Assembly (NCBI GenBank): GCA_028023455.1
Contig: JAQFVV010000001.1
Coordinates: forward strand, 12,090,001-12,154,000
Origin: Epiperipatus broadwayi
Taxonomy: Eukaryota > Animalia > Onychophora
Length of the DNA: 64,000 nucleotides
Direction of reading: 5' to 3'
Shown here: piece by piece, positions 24,955 to 37,700 of the stretch
Numbering within the stretch: position 1 is the stretch's first letter
Layout of the letters: each line of letters starts with the position of its first letter
The notes under the pieces: generated by a model
Seen by the model: the letters and a program-made list of their open reading frames with translations, nothing else
What the model was told of the DNA's origin: nothing
The model's database searches: none
Position numbers and translations under genes: made by a program

Positions 24955-24963
24955 CCTCCCCTC
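24955..24963 (-). other. Polypurine tract
   Basis: GAGGGGAGG on the minus strand abutting the 3' LTR; overlaps the pol stop codon. Confidence 0.85.
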
Positions 24964-27900
24964 ACTCTAGAACATAGTCCTTCAACCTTTCTGGCAGCCT
25001 ACGCTCACGGTGAACTCTTGGTGCAGGTTTTCCTTCATCTTGTTGGGTTGGCCCACTGTCCATGTCATGTATCGGGTCCGTAACTTCCAGTACACTATCC
25101 ATCTGGTCTGGTTCATTTTGGCAAAACTCTTCCTGTGTTATTTGTGGCAATACTTCCTTATTTTCTTTAGGTAAGATGTCCCATTGACTGGCATTTCCAA
25201 CGGTTTCTGGGATATCCGTTCGATCACACGGAAATCTTCTCCTTAAGTAGTCTATGTGTTTATGGACAGATGGACCATTCTCTAGTCTTATTTGGTAAAT
25301 TGTCCTTGATTTTGTACTTATGATGGTTCCGGGTAGCCATCTCTTCCTTAGTATATCACGCACCCAGACTGGATCATTTCTTTTGAACCTTTTCATATGT
25401 TTATGGGAATCATCTTCCAGTTCTCTCTTAGTTCTTTCCTTCTGGGGTAAAATGGTTGACATGTGTGAATGACACGTTCTGTTGAATAACAGTTCAGCCG
25501 GTGATTTACTATCTTTAGACCTTGGCAAAAAATGTTGGAAGAACATGATTTCCAGCAATGCCTCCTCCATCCTGGTCTTCCTTGTTTTCTTCAGGTCCTT
25601 TTTTAAACACTGGACTGCCTTCTCTGCCAAACCATTTGATGCAGGGTGGTATGTCGGTGCAAAAATGTGACATATCCCTCTTTCTGTCAGGAAGTTTTCA
25701 AAACTGGTGGAGGTAAAGCTTGTTCCATTATCCGATACCAATATCTCAGGGTATCCATGCGTGGTAAACATCTCTTGGAGAGCTCTTTCAGTACATGTTG
25801 AATTTGCTGACCTTACCAAACGGTATTCCACCCAATTGCTGTATGCGTCCACCACCACCAAAACCATTTGTCCCTCTATAGGCCCAGCATAATCAATGTG
25901 GATCCGTTCCCAAGGTGTGTTTGGTTCTATCCAAGAGCTCAGTGCTTTTCTTGGTAGGTTTGCCTCAGCTTGGCAACTGTGGCACTGTCTCACCATTTCT
26001 TCGATCTCTTGGTCAATTCCTGGCCACCACACATATGAACGCGACAAAGCTTTCATTCTCACTATTCCCGGGTGTCCGGCATGGAGTAGTCTTAAGACCT
26101 GGGCACGACCTTCCATCGGTACGAATACACGATGTCCTGGTGATACACCCATTACAGGTAGAGAGGGTTTGACGGGCATTCCAGATAGCAATATGAAGAT
26201 AATCAGGATGGTGGCTTGGCCATCCTTCCTTTATCCAATTCCTTACTTGGCAACATCCCGAATCACTAGCTGTCCACTCCGCTATTTTTGCACTATTTAC
26301 TGTATTGTCCAATTTCACCACTTCCAATAAATTCACTTCCACGAATTCACGTGGTCTATCTGCCTTCAGTGGTAGACACAATAGGGCATCAGCATGAGGT
26401 ATGTCCTTTCCCGGCTTGTGTACTAGTGTATAATTGTATGCTGCCAGTATATTAATCCATCTTAGCATTCTCTGGCTGCTATATTCGGGTGTTTATTTGT
26501 TCTTACCTAATATGCCTAATAGTGGGCGATGATCGATGCATAATGTGAAATTTCGTCCATAGATGTACTGATGAAATTTCTTTACCGCGAAAATGATAGC
26601 GAGGGATTCTTTGTCTAGCTGGCTATAGTTAGTTTCCGCGGGTGATAGGGTACGGGAGGCATAGGCTATCGGACGTTCTTGTCCATTTATCAAGTGTGAT
26701 GACAGCTCCAACCCCATATTCCGAAGCGTCTGCAATTATTATAACTTCTTGATTACCTTGGTAATGCATTAACAGACTTTCAGATGACAATAAATCCTTG
26801 GTTGCCTGGAAAACAGTTTGGTGTTCAGCCTTCCACTTCCAGCGCTGACCCTTGCGTAATAAGGCATAAAGGGGTTTTCGCTGATGTGCCTTTCCCTTCA
26901 AAAAGGTTTCGTAGAAGGTTAGCATTCCCAGAAATGCTTGTAAGTCTTTTACATTTCTTGGTACTGGAGCATTTTTTATCGCGGCGACCTTCTCAGGATT
27001 AGGACGTTTTCCATTTTGATCAATAATATGTCCCAGGAAAATTTATTTCTCTCGTGGACCAAATGCTCTTACTGGTATTTATCCTGATTCCCACTTTTTC
27101 CAATCTGTTGCATATGGTAAGCATGCGTTCCTTCAGTTCGGTTTGATTTAGCATAAATCAGTAGGTCATCCAGGTAGGGGATCACTCCCTCCATATTCTG
27201 TCATTTGATCTATTTTAGCTAGGAATATATGGGGGGCTGTTGTGATTCCATATGGTAGCTTATTGCACTGGAAAAGACCGACATGAGTACAGAGAGTTAG
27301 TATTTTTGCTGATCTCTCTGTGACTGGGATTTGATGAAAAGCTGACCTCAAATCTATCTTAGCGAAAACTGCAGCTTCCTGGAGTGATGCCACTATTTCT
27401 GTGACATTCAGGACCGGATACACACTTTTTTTTAGGTATTGATTTACAGTAAACCTGTAGTCCCCACAGATCCGTAAACTCCCGTCTGGCTTTGTGACTA
27501 TCACAATTGGAGTGGCCCAATCTGAACTTTCCACTGGTGACAGCACTCCTTCCTTTACCAGGGCTGCCAGACTTTCTTCGACCTTTGCTCTTAGTGCGAA
27601 TGGAACCTTCCTGGGTTTGCTTGCTACCGGTTGAGCCTCATCGATAAGTTCTATGTCCACTGGGTCTATCTTCAGCATTCCTATTTTTTCCTCAAATATC
27701 CTTGGGAATTTCTGTCACACTACGTTTTCTAACTTTACAGTTTTAATCACTTGTATGGATATGCCCAGTGGGCGGAACCAGTTTCGGCCCAGTAAGGGTT
27801 TTATGTTCTTTTTAACTATGTACAAGGGCAAAATTTTGCTTTTATTATTTAATTTCACTGGGACCGAAATTTTTCCACAAATTTGGACATTGTTTCCATT

Positions 27901-28185
27901 TACATCAGTGGCGATAACATTAGTCTTATCCAAATTTAGTTTCGACTTGGATATGCTGTTAATTTTTTCCCAGTCTTTTATTGACAGGATGGATAGCCCT
28001 GCCCCACTATCTATCTCCATCGTCACTTTTACATTTACTATTTTGACATCCAGCACTATTTGTTCGCTCAGGTTTGTCTCACATTTCTTTATTTCTGCCC
28101 TCCTTGTCACTTCCATTCTCTTATCACTTCTGTATTGGTTTCCATCCGTTTCTGCAAACGATCGCCATATGGCCCTTAATGCCAC
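24962..28185 (-). pseudogene. Gypsy pol (protease, RT, RNase H, integrase), multiple frameshifts
   Basis: MEIDSGAG (PR); WATPIV, RICGDYR, KIDLRSAFHQ, PYLDDLLI (RT); ADASEYGVGAV, YSQLDKESLAI (RH); LHAGHPGIVRMK, RIHIDYAGP, VSDNGTSF, PASNGLAE (INT). Spread over several frames. Confidence 0.93.
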
Positions 28186-28884
28186 ATGTTCGGCATTTCA
28201 AAGTTCTATTCTTACATGTCCTTTCATACCACAACAATAACAGCTAAAAGACTCTCGACATCTGTGGTTGTGTTTCCATTGGTTCTAGTTTATCTACATC
28301 TGTCGTATAATTTTTTTCTTGGAATCCCTCTCGAAATTCCTTTGCATTAGTCACTAGTGTCTTGTGAGCCACACATTTTGCAATCGCTGCGTTATAATCA
28401 ATCTCTGTTTCATTGAGTAGTTGTTTTCTCAGATTGTGGTCCATCATGCCATATAGGAACTGATCTAGGAGCATGTCATCTATGTCCGAGAATGCACAGC
28501 CTCGTGCTAATGTCCGCAATGCGAGGTTATATTCCAAATAACTTTCATGTGTTTTGTTTTCTCATTCTAAATCTCAAACGAGCGACTCTTTTTGTAATTG
28601 CTGGTTGAAAATAATTTGTGAGTTTTTCAACTAATAGCTTATACAGTAGTTGCTCCGGAGTTTTGTTCTCGGCCAAAATGTTTAGCAATCTGAACTACGT
28701 CTATTCCGGCGAGATACAATAATGTCGAGATTTTCGTTTCGTCATCTTCGACTTTATTTAATCTCATATATCTTTCTTCGACTTTATTTAATCTCATATA
28801 TCTTTCTATTTGTTCGACGTAGAGGGTCCATCCTGCCAGGTTTCCAATTTCAAAATCTCTTAATATGTGTGAGGGTACTGCCAT
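28150..28884 (-). pseudogene. Gypsy gag with two CCHC knuckles, frameshifted
   Basis: WTLYVEQIERY; LLDQFLYGMMDHNLRKQLL; CYCCGMKGHV (about 28213-28244) and CRTCGIKGHMAIVC (about 28154-28199). Confidence 0.85.
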
Positions 28885-28934
28885 TTTTATTCTTTTTCCA
28901 AATCACGCACAAAAAAACAATCTCCGATCTAACA

Positions 28935-28951
28935 TCCTGTCGACTGCGCCA
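28935..28951 (-). other. Primer binding site, likely tRNA-Ser
   Basis: TGGCGCAGTCGACAGGA, 2 nt inside the 5' LTR. Complementary to a tRNA 3' end ...UCCUGUCGACUGCG-CCA; the GCAGTCG acceptor stem is typical of invertebrate tRNA-Ser (from recall). Confidence 0.75.
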
Positions 28952-28953
28952 TC

Positions 28954-29296
28954 TGTAGTGTTTTCGGGAAGTTAACGATCTCAGCCGAAATCACAATTTA
29001 TTAACTTAAGAGTCTGAGACAGTTTTACTTTCCCAAAGCTAGTTTATTAGTTACATGTTATGTTATTATACAAAAAAAATGTCTATGCTTAAGACAACAA
29101 AATGTGCGGAAAGAAAAACAGTAACAAAATCAAAAGTATACATATAATTAAAGTCTCTTCAAAGAAAAGTTCTATTACTCACGGCAAATGAAAAATAAGA
29201 CATTTGGTTCCACGTGTGGCTATACGTTATGCCATCTTGGTCTCTCTGTTCTCGTAAAACCGGACGTTTCTAGAGCCAACGTCTCCGTATTCTACA
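28954..29296 (-). repeat. 5' LTR (343 bp)
   Basis: 11 substitutions and 3 indels versus the 3' LTR by hand count. Confidence 0.96.
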
Positions 29297-30272
29297 AATT
29301 TCAACAGACATGTTAATACCATACAAAAGATGATTTAATATCCTCCATTTACATTACCATCTTTTCTTCTTATTTTATCCAATTTATTTTGATGAGCAGT
29401 AATAAATAGAGCAAGTTATATTGGTCATTAGATTTATAAAATCCAATAGCCGTGATATGGGTATCTATTATACATATTTATTCATAACTTCTAAAAATAT
29501 CTTAGCCATGACTACGTAATCATATTCTATAACTTTGGAAGTAATGCTTAATAAGAGAAAGTAAATCTTGATAACAAATAAAAACAAAGCCCAATTTTAT
29601 TGTTAGTAAGAATAATACACCTTTAGTCCTGAAATGATAAACAATTAAATACCAAGACTGAGTATTATTTCTCTTTGAGATTTCGCAGCTGAAGTGATCG
29701 AGACTCTTCATCCAGAAAAGATAAATAGCCTAAATTTTCTTCATAGCTGAAAGTAATTATAACATTCTTGATTTTGGGTATCTTGAAAAAAAAAAAAAGT
29801 TAAGCATCAGACACTTAAAAGCATCAATTCTCCTGAGACTTTGAAGCTGAAGTAATTGTGATGGTAAAAAAAAAAAAAAAAAGCTAAAATGCCTTCCTAC
29901 TGAAAAGTTTAGTAAGCAATTATATCATTAAAAGATAATCAAATATTTTAAAACAAACGTTCCTTTTGTTAATTGCTACATACACTGTATATGAGTGAAA
30001 TAGGGTCATGTTTTTTAATTGATCTTTCAGAATTAAGAACTTTTGTTATATCTAAGTTCAAGCCATATAGCGAGACATAACTTTTAAAATAAAAGCAATT
30101 TTATATCAATATATTTTTATTATCCACTTTTATGCTTAGCCTATCCAATAGTCTTCTTCACAGCTTTCAATTAGTCTGAAAAAGATTGTCTAAATTTTTA
30201 TATTTTAAAATCGTGAAATTAGTTTAACTTAAATGTTATTAAGTATGTAAACCATTCTCTCTTAGACTAGTC

Positions 30273-30367
30273 TTTTTTTAGTGTCATAGCATCGGCCGGG
30301 ACGCGAACCTACAACTGCCTGCAAGCGCAAGGCAGTCACGCTGACCTCTCAACCACCAATGCAAGAC
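30273..30367 (-). mobile_element. Short tRNA-derived SINE (~95 bp)
   Basis: A-box-like TGGTGGTTGAGAGG, B-box GGTTCGCGTCCC, A7 tail. TAGTCT (or AGACTAGTCT) repeated on both flanks; second copy at 1739. Confidence 0.75.
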
Positions 30368-30906
30368 TAGTCTATTCTTTACTAACAGTATTATTTATTA
30401 AAGTGATTAGTAGTTTAATACTTATTAATAACATGTTTTTTATCTGGCTCATATGCTGAATTCATTGTGAATTCCCACCAATGTTGACAATTCTATAAAT
30501 ATCAAAAGCCTAAAGAATAGATGGGCATTCTATTTTTAATCTTTGCAAACTTATTCATAGCCTGAGGGAGTGAGATTAGCCACTTATTTATATACATTGT
30601 GATCTATAAAATAGTCACAATGCCCCCCTCCCCCACCACAAAAAATGCAAATAATGAGTTCAGCAAAATCATTAATTTTGTGGTATCACAACTTTAAAAT
30701 AAATTAACACAAATAAAAATTGAAATGAATGAATTTGTGTGATATGTATCCCATATATATATGGGATTAAGGATCAATGTAGATAAATTCCTTGTGTTAA
30801 TTTAATAAAACCTTAGCCTGAGACAAAGATACAGGTGTTGGTAACTACAGATAAAACAATATTTTATTGGTTACTATACTAGAAATGAATTTTGTAATGA
30901 CTATAC

Positions 30907-31185
30907 CAGCGGTCCCCAACCTTTTTGCACTTAAGAGCACATTCTTTAATACTGGCCAGGTGGCGGGCACCATTTATTTTTTCAATGTAAATTTATAGTT
31001 GGAAATTGTTAATAATACACATAATGTACAAAAAAATATTTATTTAAAAAATAAAATTTTAACATTTGATTACAATATAATACAATAATTTATAAGAAAA
31101 TTTAGAAATTAAATTTATTTGTATCAGATATTTTATCATGTTCGGATAGCGGTGGGCACACATAAAATGGTCTGCGGGACCCCTG
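30907..31185. mobile_element. hAT-type non-autonomous element (MITE)
   Basis: Termini CAGCGGTCCCC and reverse-complement CAGGGGTCCCG; 8-bp TSD GACTATAC/GACTACAC. Confidence 0.8.
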
Positions 31186-31499
31186 GACTACACAAACCAA
31201 TCTGTGAAATACAAGTATGTCCACATATCGAACATTTTGGTCCATTATTTTATTTATATATTTTACTATAGCATCTTTTTAATTTCTTTTGAAGAAAACT
31301 TTTTGAAATACTTCAATTGTAGTTCACAATATAAACACGGTTGTTTGTCTACAAAAACACTCAAATTCACCAAAAAAATACTCTTGTATATTCATTAATT
31401 TCACATCTAATCCAATGAATTGCTTTTACTGTCGGAATTCTATAATATCACATATAGCAAATTTTGAAACTAGAAAGTTTCAAAATTTTTCAGAACATC

Positions 31500-32400
31500 T
31501 TTGAATGAAACTTTTCTAATGTCTTTATATAACATTGTTAGTGTTCAAGTATCACTTCTGCATAATAAATGAAGTAAAATAACTGTATGTACAATTTAGT
31601 GGCAGTAATTTATTTCATTGTGATAAAATACTTTTGACTTGTTAAAAGCATCAGGACACGCATCTCAACATCTAAGCCCATCTTTCTACTTAAAACCCTA
31701 CTAAGAATTAAAATTAGTTTACATTTTCAAATTGATAACAATTCAAAATAAAAGTTGCTGAAGAAAATCCATTAATGGTGATAAAGAATTGTTTTTTAAA
31801 ACATTAATTATCAAACCGAGTTTTTACATGTTATATTCAAAATATTAAATATATTTTGTCTTTTGAACTGGAAAAGCAAGCATGGCTATTAATATACTAT
31901 AAATTCGGAATCCAAGAAAATGAAATTCAAATTAAGTTTCACCATCAAACATGTAATGCATCATGACCGATCATACAAATTGAGAATGGAGCAAATACAC
32001 AATAACTTATTTAATGCCTGATTTTCTGTCAATAGTAATACAATTTAATCTCATTCCATCATATAAACACTTTATAATAAAGTTTGGCAAACAAACAACT
32101 AATTTCTAGCAATGTCATAAACAAAAACCAATACATAAATCAAGTTTGTCAATTAGACTTTTCTTGCATTTGCTTTGCAACAAAAATCAATGCCCATAAT
32201 CTTGGTTTTCTAAAACTAGTCTTAAATAACCATTCATCTTGACCAGAAGCAACTTACCAGAAAATATTCTTGAAAGTAATTTTGCTGAAGTGAATTATTA
32301 CTGCAATTTTCATATACTTCCTTTTTTAAAATTGGAATAGAAACATCTTTAAAATCAGATGGCAATATTTCACGAGTCTATTTATTATTAAAAAAATATT
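31500..32400 (-). mobile_element. Old decayed RTE-type RT fragment
   Basis: Minus-strand remnants LPSDFKDVSIPILKK, SFRKPR..LIFVAKQMQEKS, LYDGM and GIK*..CVFAP resemble successive RTE RT motifs. Boundaries approximate. Confidence 0.55.
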
Positions 32401-32504
32401 CCAATATTATTGAAACTAAAATATCACATTTCAAAACTTCTCTAGATATAAAACAGTATCAAATTCTCTATATAGTAATGTCAACCATAGCAATCAATGA
32501 TGCT

Positions 32505-32720
32505 AGATTTGTGCATGAAATTCTTATCTAGTGCCTACTCATCCAATATTTCCAGACCAATTGTGGCTTCCATCAGTGGTCACAGATGCAAAGTTCCTCA
32601 CTGGTGAAAGTCATAAATTAGTTTGGGGATATTGGACAAATAGGAGTGATTTTATGCACGTATACACTACTGTATGAAGAGCTTGTCACTGGTTTAATAA
32701 CTTGTATAAGCATAATAGTA
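32505..32720. repeat. Family A head-to-head relic
   Basis: ttatctagtgcctactcatccaat on + followed by its reverse complement. Deleted HHR halves at about 32551-32578 (-) and 32596-32628 (+). Confidence 0.75.
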
Positions 32721-33949
32721 ATCATGTGGTGTTTTAATTTTCGATATCTTAACATGTCCTATATTCACATCCATTAAGATTACAAATAATTATGACCACA
32801 AAGTTGGATATTGTCTAAATCAGAGATTAAAAATGGGATTTATATTGAGTTACCAATTCAATTCTTGTATCATTGTTGAAAGATGATTAAAATACTTTCA
32901 TCTATTGGAAATAATGAGTGCTATTGCTGGATTTAACAGAATTATACTATTTTTCAGTTTCAAATATTGCTTTCAACATGTTAAAAAAAATCTAAATCTG
33001 TATCTTCTTTCTAGTTTTAACCCATTTTAAAGCCTTCTTGTTAAATGCTTTATGAAGCTTAATATTTATTATTCGGCAAGTAGCAAATGACACATTTTCT
33101 TTAAATCAAATCACTGAAGAAAAATAGTAAAAATTATTTTTTGTGAAATCAAGAATAGATTTGTATCCATAATACACTTCTTAAGAAAATTGCGTATCTC
33201 AGTAACACGACAATCCTGAAAGTTCAATTAGCAATTTTACCTAGCTGTTGAAATTTAGCATGAATAGGTATTTCTAAAAAAAAGAGCAATTTTCTTATGA
33301 ATGGTAATTGGAAAAAGACAATGTTCAATGCAACTATTATTTTATTATTGAAGCCATCTAATAATCTGACTATGAAATAAAAGATTAAGAGCATAACTAG
33401 ATCAAGAATGGGAAATCACAAAAGTATAAAAAAGTAAAATATTATAGCTCAATGTGGCCAATTACCAGAATTATGTAAGATAAAATGTTAAAAAAAAATG
33501 TCTGAAAAAAAAATCAATGAAAAATTATCCCAGAAAACTGACAACCAGAAAAAAAAAAAAAGCAATATCACAGAAATGTCTTGAAATTATGAGAGGATGG
33601 AAAGGTAGAGGGATTAAAAATCTTAGAGCAAAGAATAGAAAATCACCACGATACATATCCAAGTAAAAAATCTGAAAGTTATTGTGAAAAAGAAGAGATT
33701 GAAATAAGTTACTAAAAAAATGCACATAAAGAAAAATGATTAGAAATGAAAATTGCTGCAGCGATTAATGCTTACTATTAAGAAATAGAGCAGATGAGGT
33801 ATTATCAAAAAGCAGAAATCATCAAGAAGCCACAAAGATATTAGGTCTGATCAGAAAAACTAAAAACCTATTTAGCTACAATAATATATCTGTAATGACC
33901 AATTAGTGTTTAAAATAAAAACTTGAAACTGGCTCCATTAGAATATTTG

Positions 33950-34700
33950 AAGTCTAACATGGTATTTTAGCTTTAATCACTTACAGGGAGCACACAAAGT
34001 TTGTTAATTAATTTTTCAAAAAACATTATACTTTTCAAGTTTACAAGGCCATTTACAATTTTTGGATTAACAAGTTAGTATTGTATACCAAGTATTCCAC
34101 AGAAATATAAAATAAGAGTTTATATATTATTTACAAGGCAGATGACTAAGCTAAGCATATTGACAGACTGCTCTAAGCCAGATTATTTTAATAATGACAA
34201 TCTCCTTGGAAACCAAAAATGAATTAATGAGCTGCTAGCCACATTATTAAACAAAATAATTGTAAGCTCACCATTATCCAAGTGCTCAGGATTAAGAAAA
34301 AGAAATTCATTTACCAAATTGGATTTCCCATTTAAAGAAAGGATATTAAATAAAGAATATTAATAAAAGAATCACCATTCATAGCTATGACAAATAGAAA
34401 AAATAACAGGAAATCAAGACTAGACATGAGCTAATTAAAAAAAAAAGGAAACAGAAGTCAACATAATAAAATCCAACATTAGTCTAGATCAGTTGCGGAT
34501 GTAATTGTTTTGCAATAGCAAAAACAAATCCTGCATTAACCCAGGTTACTATAACCATACTCCTACACAGGCAGACTTATGAGGAAAAGACCAAGAGGAA
34601 GCTACAAAAGATATCATCACCCTAACTCACATTGGATAGCGGAAACAATGGATCAATAGACATTTTTGTTGATGCTGAAAGGAGTGGAGGGATGACATAT
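33950..34700 (+). mobile_element. Very old LINE relic (RTE-like 3' region)
   Basis: Faint KAF-like segment near 34040 and KRPRG (aaaagaccaagagga) near 34585; no intact frame. Confidence 0.3.
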
Positions 34701-37700
34701 GCAAAGATTTCAAAAATTGTGGGGGAAATGATTGTCAAGCAATGTTTTGGAGATATTTATTAATTTGTGGAATCACATATTAACTACTTTCAGAATTACA
34801 TAACGAATCCAGCCGGACTACCCTAATCATTTCTGAATCAGATTTAATTCATGACTCATGAAAAACCTAGATGACAAGTAAATTTAGGAAACTTTTAGCA
34901 ATACATTTACTATAAGTGGGCATATAGTTTTGTACTACTGATTTACAATTTCTGAGACCCCAACAAATTCCAAGACATATATTGACATTGTAGGCATGAA
35001 ATTAACTAATGATCAGAGATGGAAGTTATTGATCCATTTTCCATTCTTGCTAGAACTATCACTGATCATGGACGAAAAATTACTTGCCAATCTTCAAAAG
35101 AAACTATGCCATACCCAAAAATCTTAACTTTTTTATTATGCAATACAAATATGATCAACAAAAAAGATAATACAATAAACCATAACTGATGAATATAGCA
35201 GAGATAGAGACATTCATTCATTTTTTTCTTTCCATCATTGCTATTTAATTATCACTGATGTAATGTTCTGGAAAAAGAAATTTGCTAATTCATAAAAAAA
35301 AATATGCCATACCCAAAAAATATAAATTTTTTAACATGCAACAAGAATACAATTACCAATAATGACCATAAATCCAATCGACCATAAGAAATGGACATAA
35401 CCACGATGTATAAAGTTGACTATCAATTTATTCCAAGATAATGTTAAAAAGAATTACAGAAATAAGCCACCAACAGAAATGTAAAAACAAAATCAGTATT
35501 AGCTATGTTACCATTTTGGTGCATTAATGTCTGATTAACCCACAGCATATTTTTCCACTAGCTTAGATTGCTCCCATTTGACAAGTTAATATGTGGCCAA
35601 TTCACAGTTGAGTAATAATTAAACACTTCTTTCTTAATATAATAGAATATTTGCAAGAGGAAACTCTAGTTAAATGTCATTAGTCTCATTTTTTTAATTC
35701 ATCTTTTGTGATTCTTCAGAATAGCATGTTTTAGTTTACTGATTAGTATTGCACGACATAAATAAGTTTTCCATTATCAGCATGCTTCAAATATATATGT
35801 GTGTGTTAATCAGTGGTTTTATTTTTTAAAATATAAATGCTAAGTCATAAAAAAAATTAATTTAATGACACTAATTATATAATTTAATTATTAAACTTAA
35901 CTTTTATTTTCATTACAATATCATTATTTACTAATCTTTTATTATACACAATTATGTATATGTTCCTACATACACATTAAGGTTTACAGGTTTTTTTTTT
36001 TTTTTTAGAAAAAAAAGAAATTTAAAAATTACACTTAATATCTTAGATATAGGCAATCAATTTTAATTAAAAATATTGGAAAGGATAGGTTTTTTTAATA
36101 AATAGAAAGTGGGTAACAAATTCACTTACTAATCTTGAAATTGTAATCAATATTTTCAGTATCTAATCCATTACATTAGTCCAATATTAAGATTTTCTTT
36201 GCAAATTATATTCAAGTAATCCATGTCATATATATGTAAAATGAAGATTTATACTATACAAATAATATGATCTGCTAAAAACAAAATGCAAGATCTATAA
36301 TAGTCAAAACAATTTTCACAATTATCCATTTAAAAGATAAAATTGTTTACTATTATTAGTTGAAAGAAAAGGTTAATTTTTTAATTACTTACTGCTTTAT
36401 TGCAAAAAATTCAGTCTATTTCATACTTCTGATCTGTACAAAATACGTTTAAAATTTGATTTTCTATTATAACAAAATGATACTATATATTCTTATTTAT
36501 AAGAATACTATCTGCTAATATGGAATTCAACACTCCTGCTTCGAAAAGTTAGTTCTTAAAAAAAAAAAGCTACAAATCCACTTATAATTGATTTATTCTA
36601 TTTGAAAATAATTTTAAACTTTCATTGTAGGAGACTAAATATATTCAAATAAATTTATTGGATTACTATATAGTGACTGCAAATTCATTAACATTTATTA
36701 AAAGATTATCTATTATAAACTTTAAAAATTAATTACACTCTGCACGGTTTAGTGCAGTTGATAGAACAAATTCCTTATGAATTGCTGAACAATAAAACCA
36801 TATGCAGTTTTTTTTTTTTTTAAAAGTTAACTACTATTCTAATAAAATATTTCATTTATTATTATTATTTTCTTTATGTTACAAGTAAAATAAATAAGAA
36901 AATTAAATATTTAGGTTAAATTTGATCATTTATCAAAATATTTAATAAAATGTATTTAAAATGCAAGTTATTATGTCATCACTGATCTTCTTATAAAAAA
37001 AGCTTCATAAATTTTCCATAACTACAAATTAATTGATTTATAGTGTATGCAGCTTTATTGAAATGTGAATAATATGTAAAGATTGTTGTGATAAACAAAC
37101 ATTATAGTAATGAAAATCATATTGTTTGTTGTTGAACGAAGTTCACAGTAAAGTTATGCTGTTTGTTAGTTCAGCTTTTGTGAATCATGTTAGGGAATAC
37201 ATATATACTTAGTTTGATCATGTGTAGATACTTAACATTGAATTTATACAAAAATTAAAGAATATAACATTTCTCACTTAACAACAGAATACAGCATTGT
37301 CATATGCATTAATATTTTTATATTATGTTCACTCTTTTTTAAGATAATGTAGAAATTGTGAGACATTTAAAAAATTGCAATTCTACAAATAAGAATATTT
37401 ATAAATTATTTCCATCATTTTTGAAGTTATCATTGGAGCTAAGTTTCTAAAAACTTACAGAATATATCTTATACTGCATGGGATTTATAGTATTGTCCCT
37501 AAGTTAAGTTTTTAAGGAAGATATATTTTACTAAATAACTTGTATGAAATATTGAAGGAAAAGAATTTAAACTTCATTTTAATACATATAAATTTGATGT
37601 TTTACCAAACATCTTAATTAAATAATTTATCACCATGTATTTTTATTTATATAATTTGAAATACTAATTTGTAAGATGCTACAAATTTCCTTTGGAAGAT

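Larger units (their letters stand above)
24605..29296 (-). mobile_element. Full-length Ty3/Gypsy LTR retrotransposon (Mag/K02A2.6-like), non-functional
   Basis: TG...CA LTRs at both ends, 5-bp TSD AATTT (24600-24604 and 29297-29301), PBS, PPT, and gag-PR-RT-RH-INT order on the minus strand. Confidence 0.96.

Noticed and set aside
30273-30367. Functional tRNA gene
   Set aside because: No acceptor stem or cloverleaf; has an A-tail, flanking duplication and a second degenerate copy, so it is a SINE.
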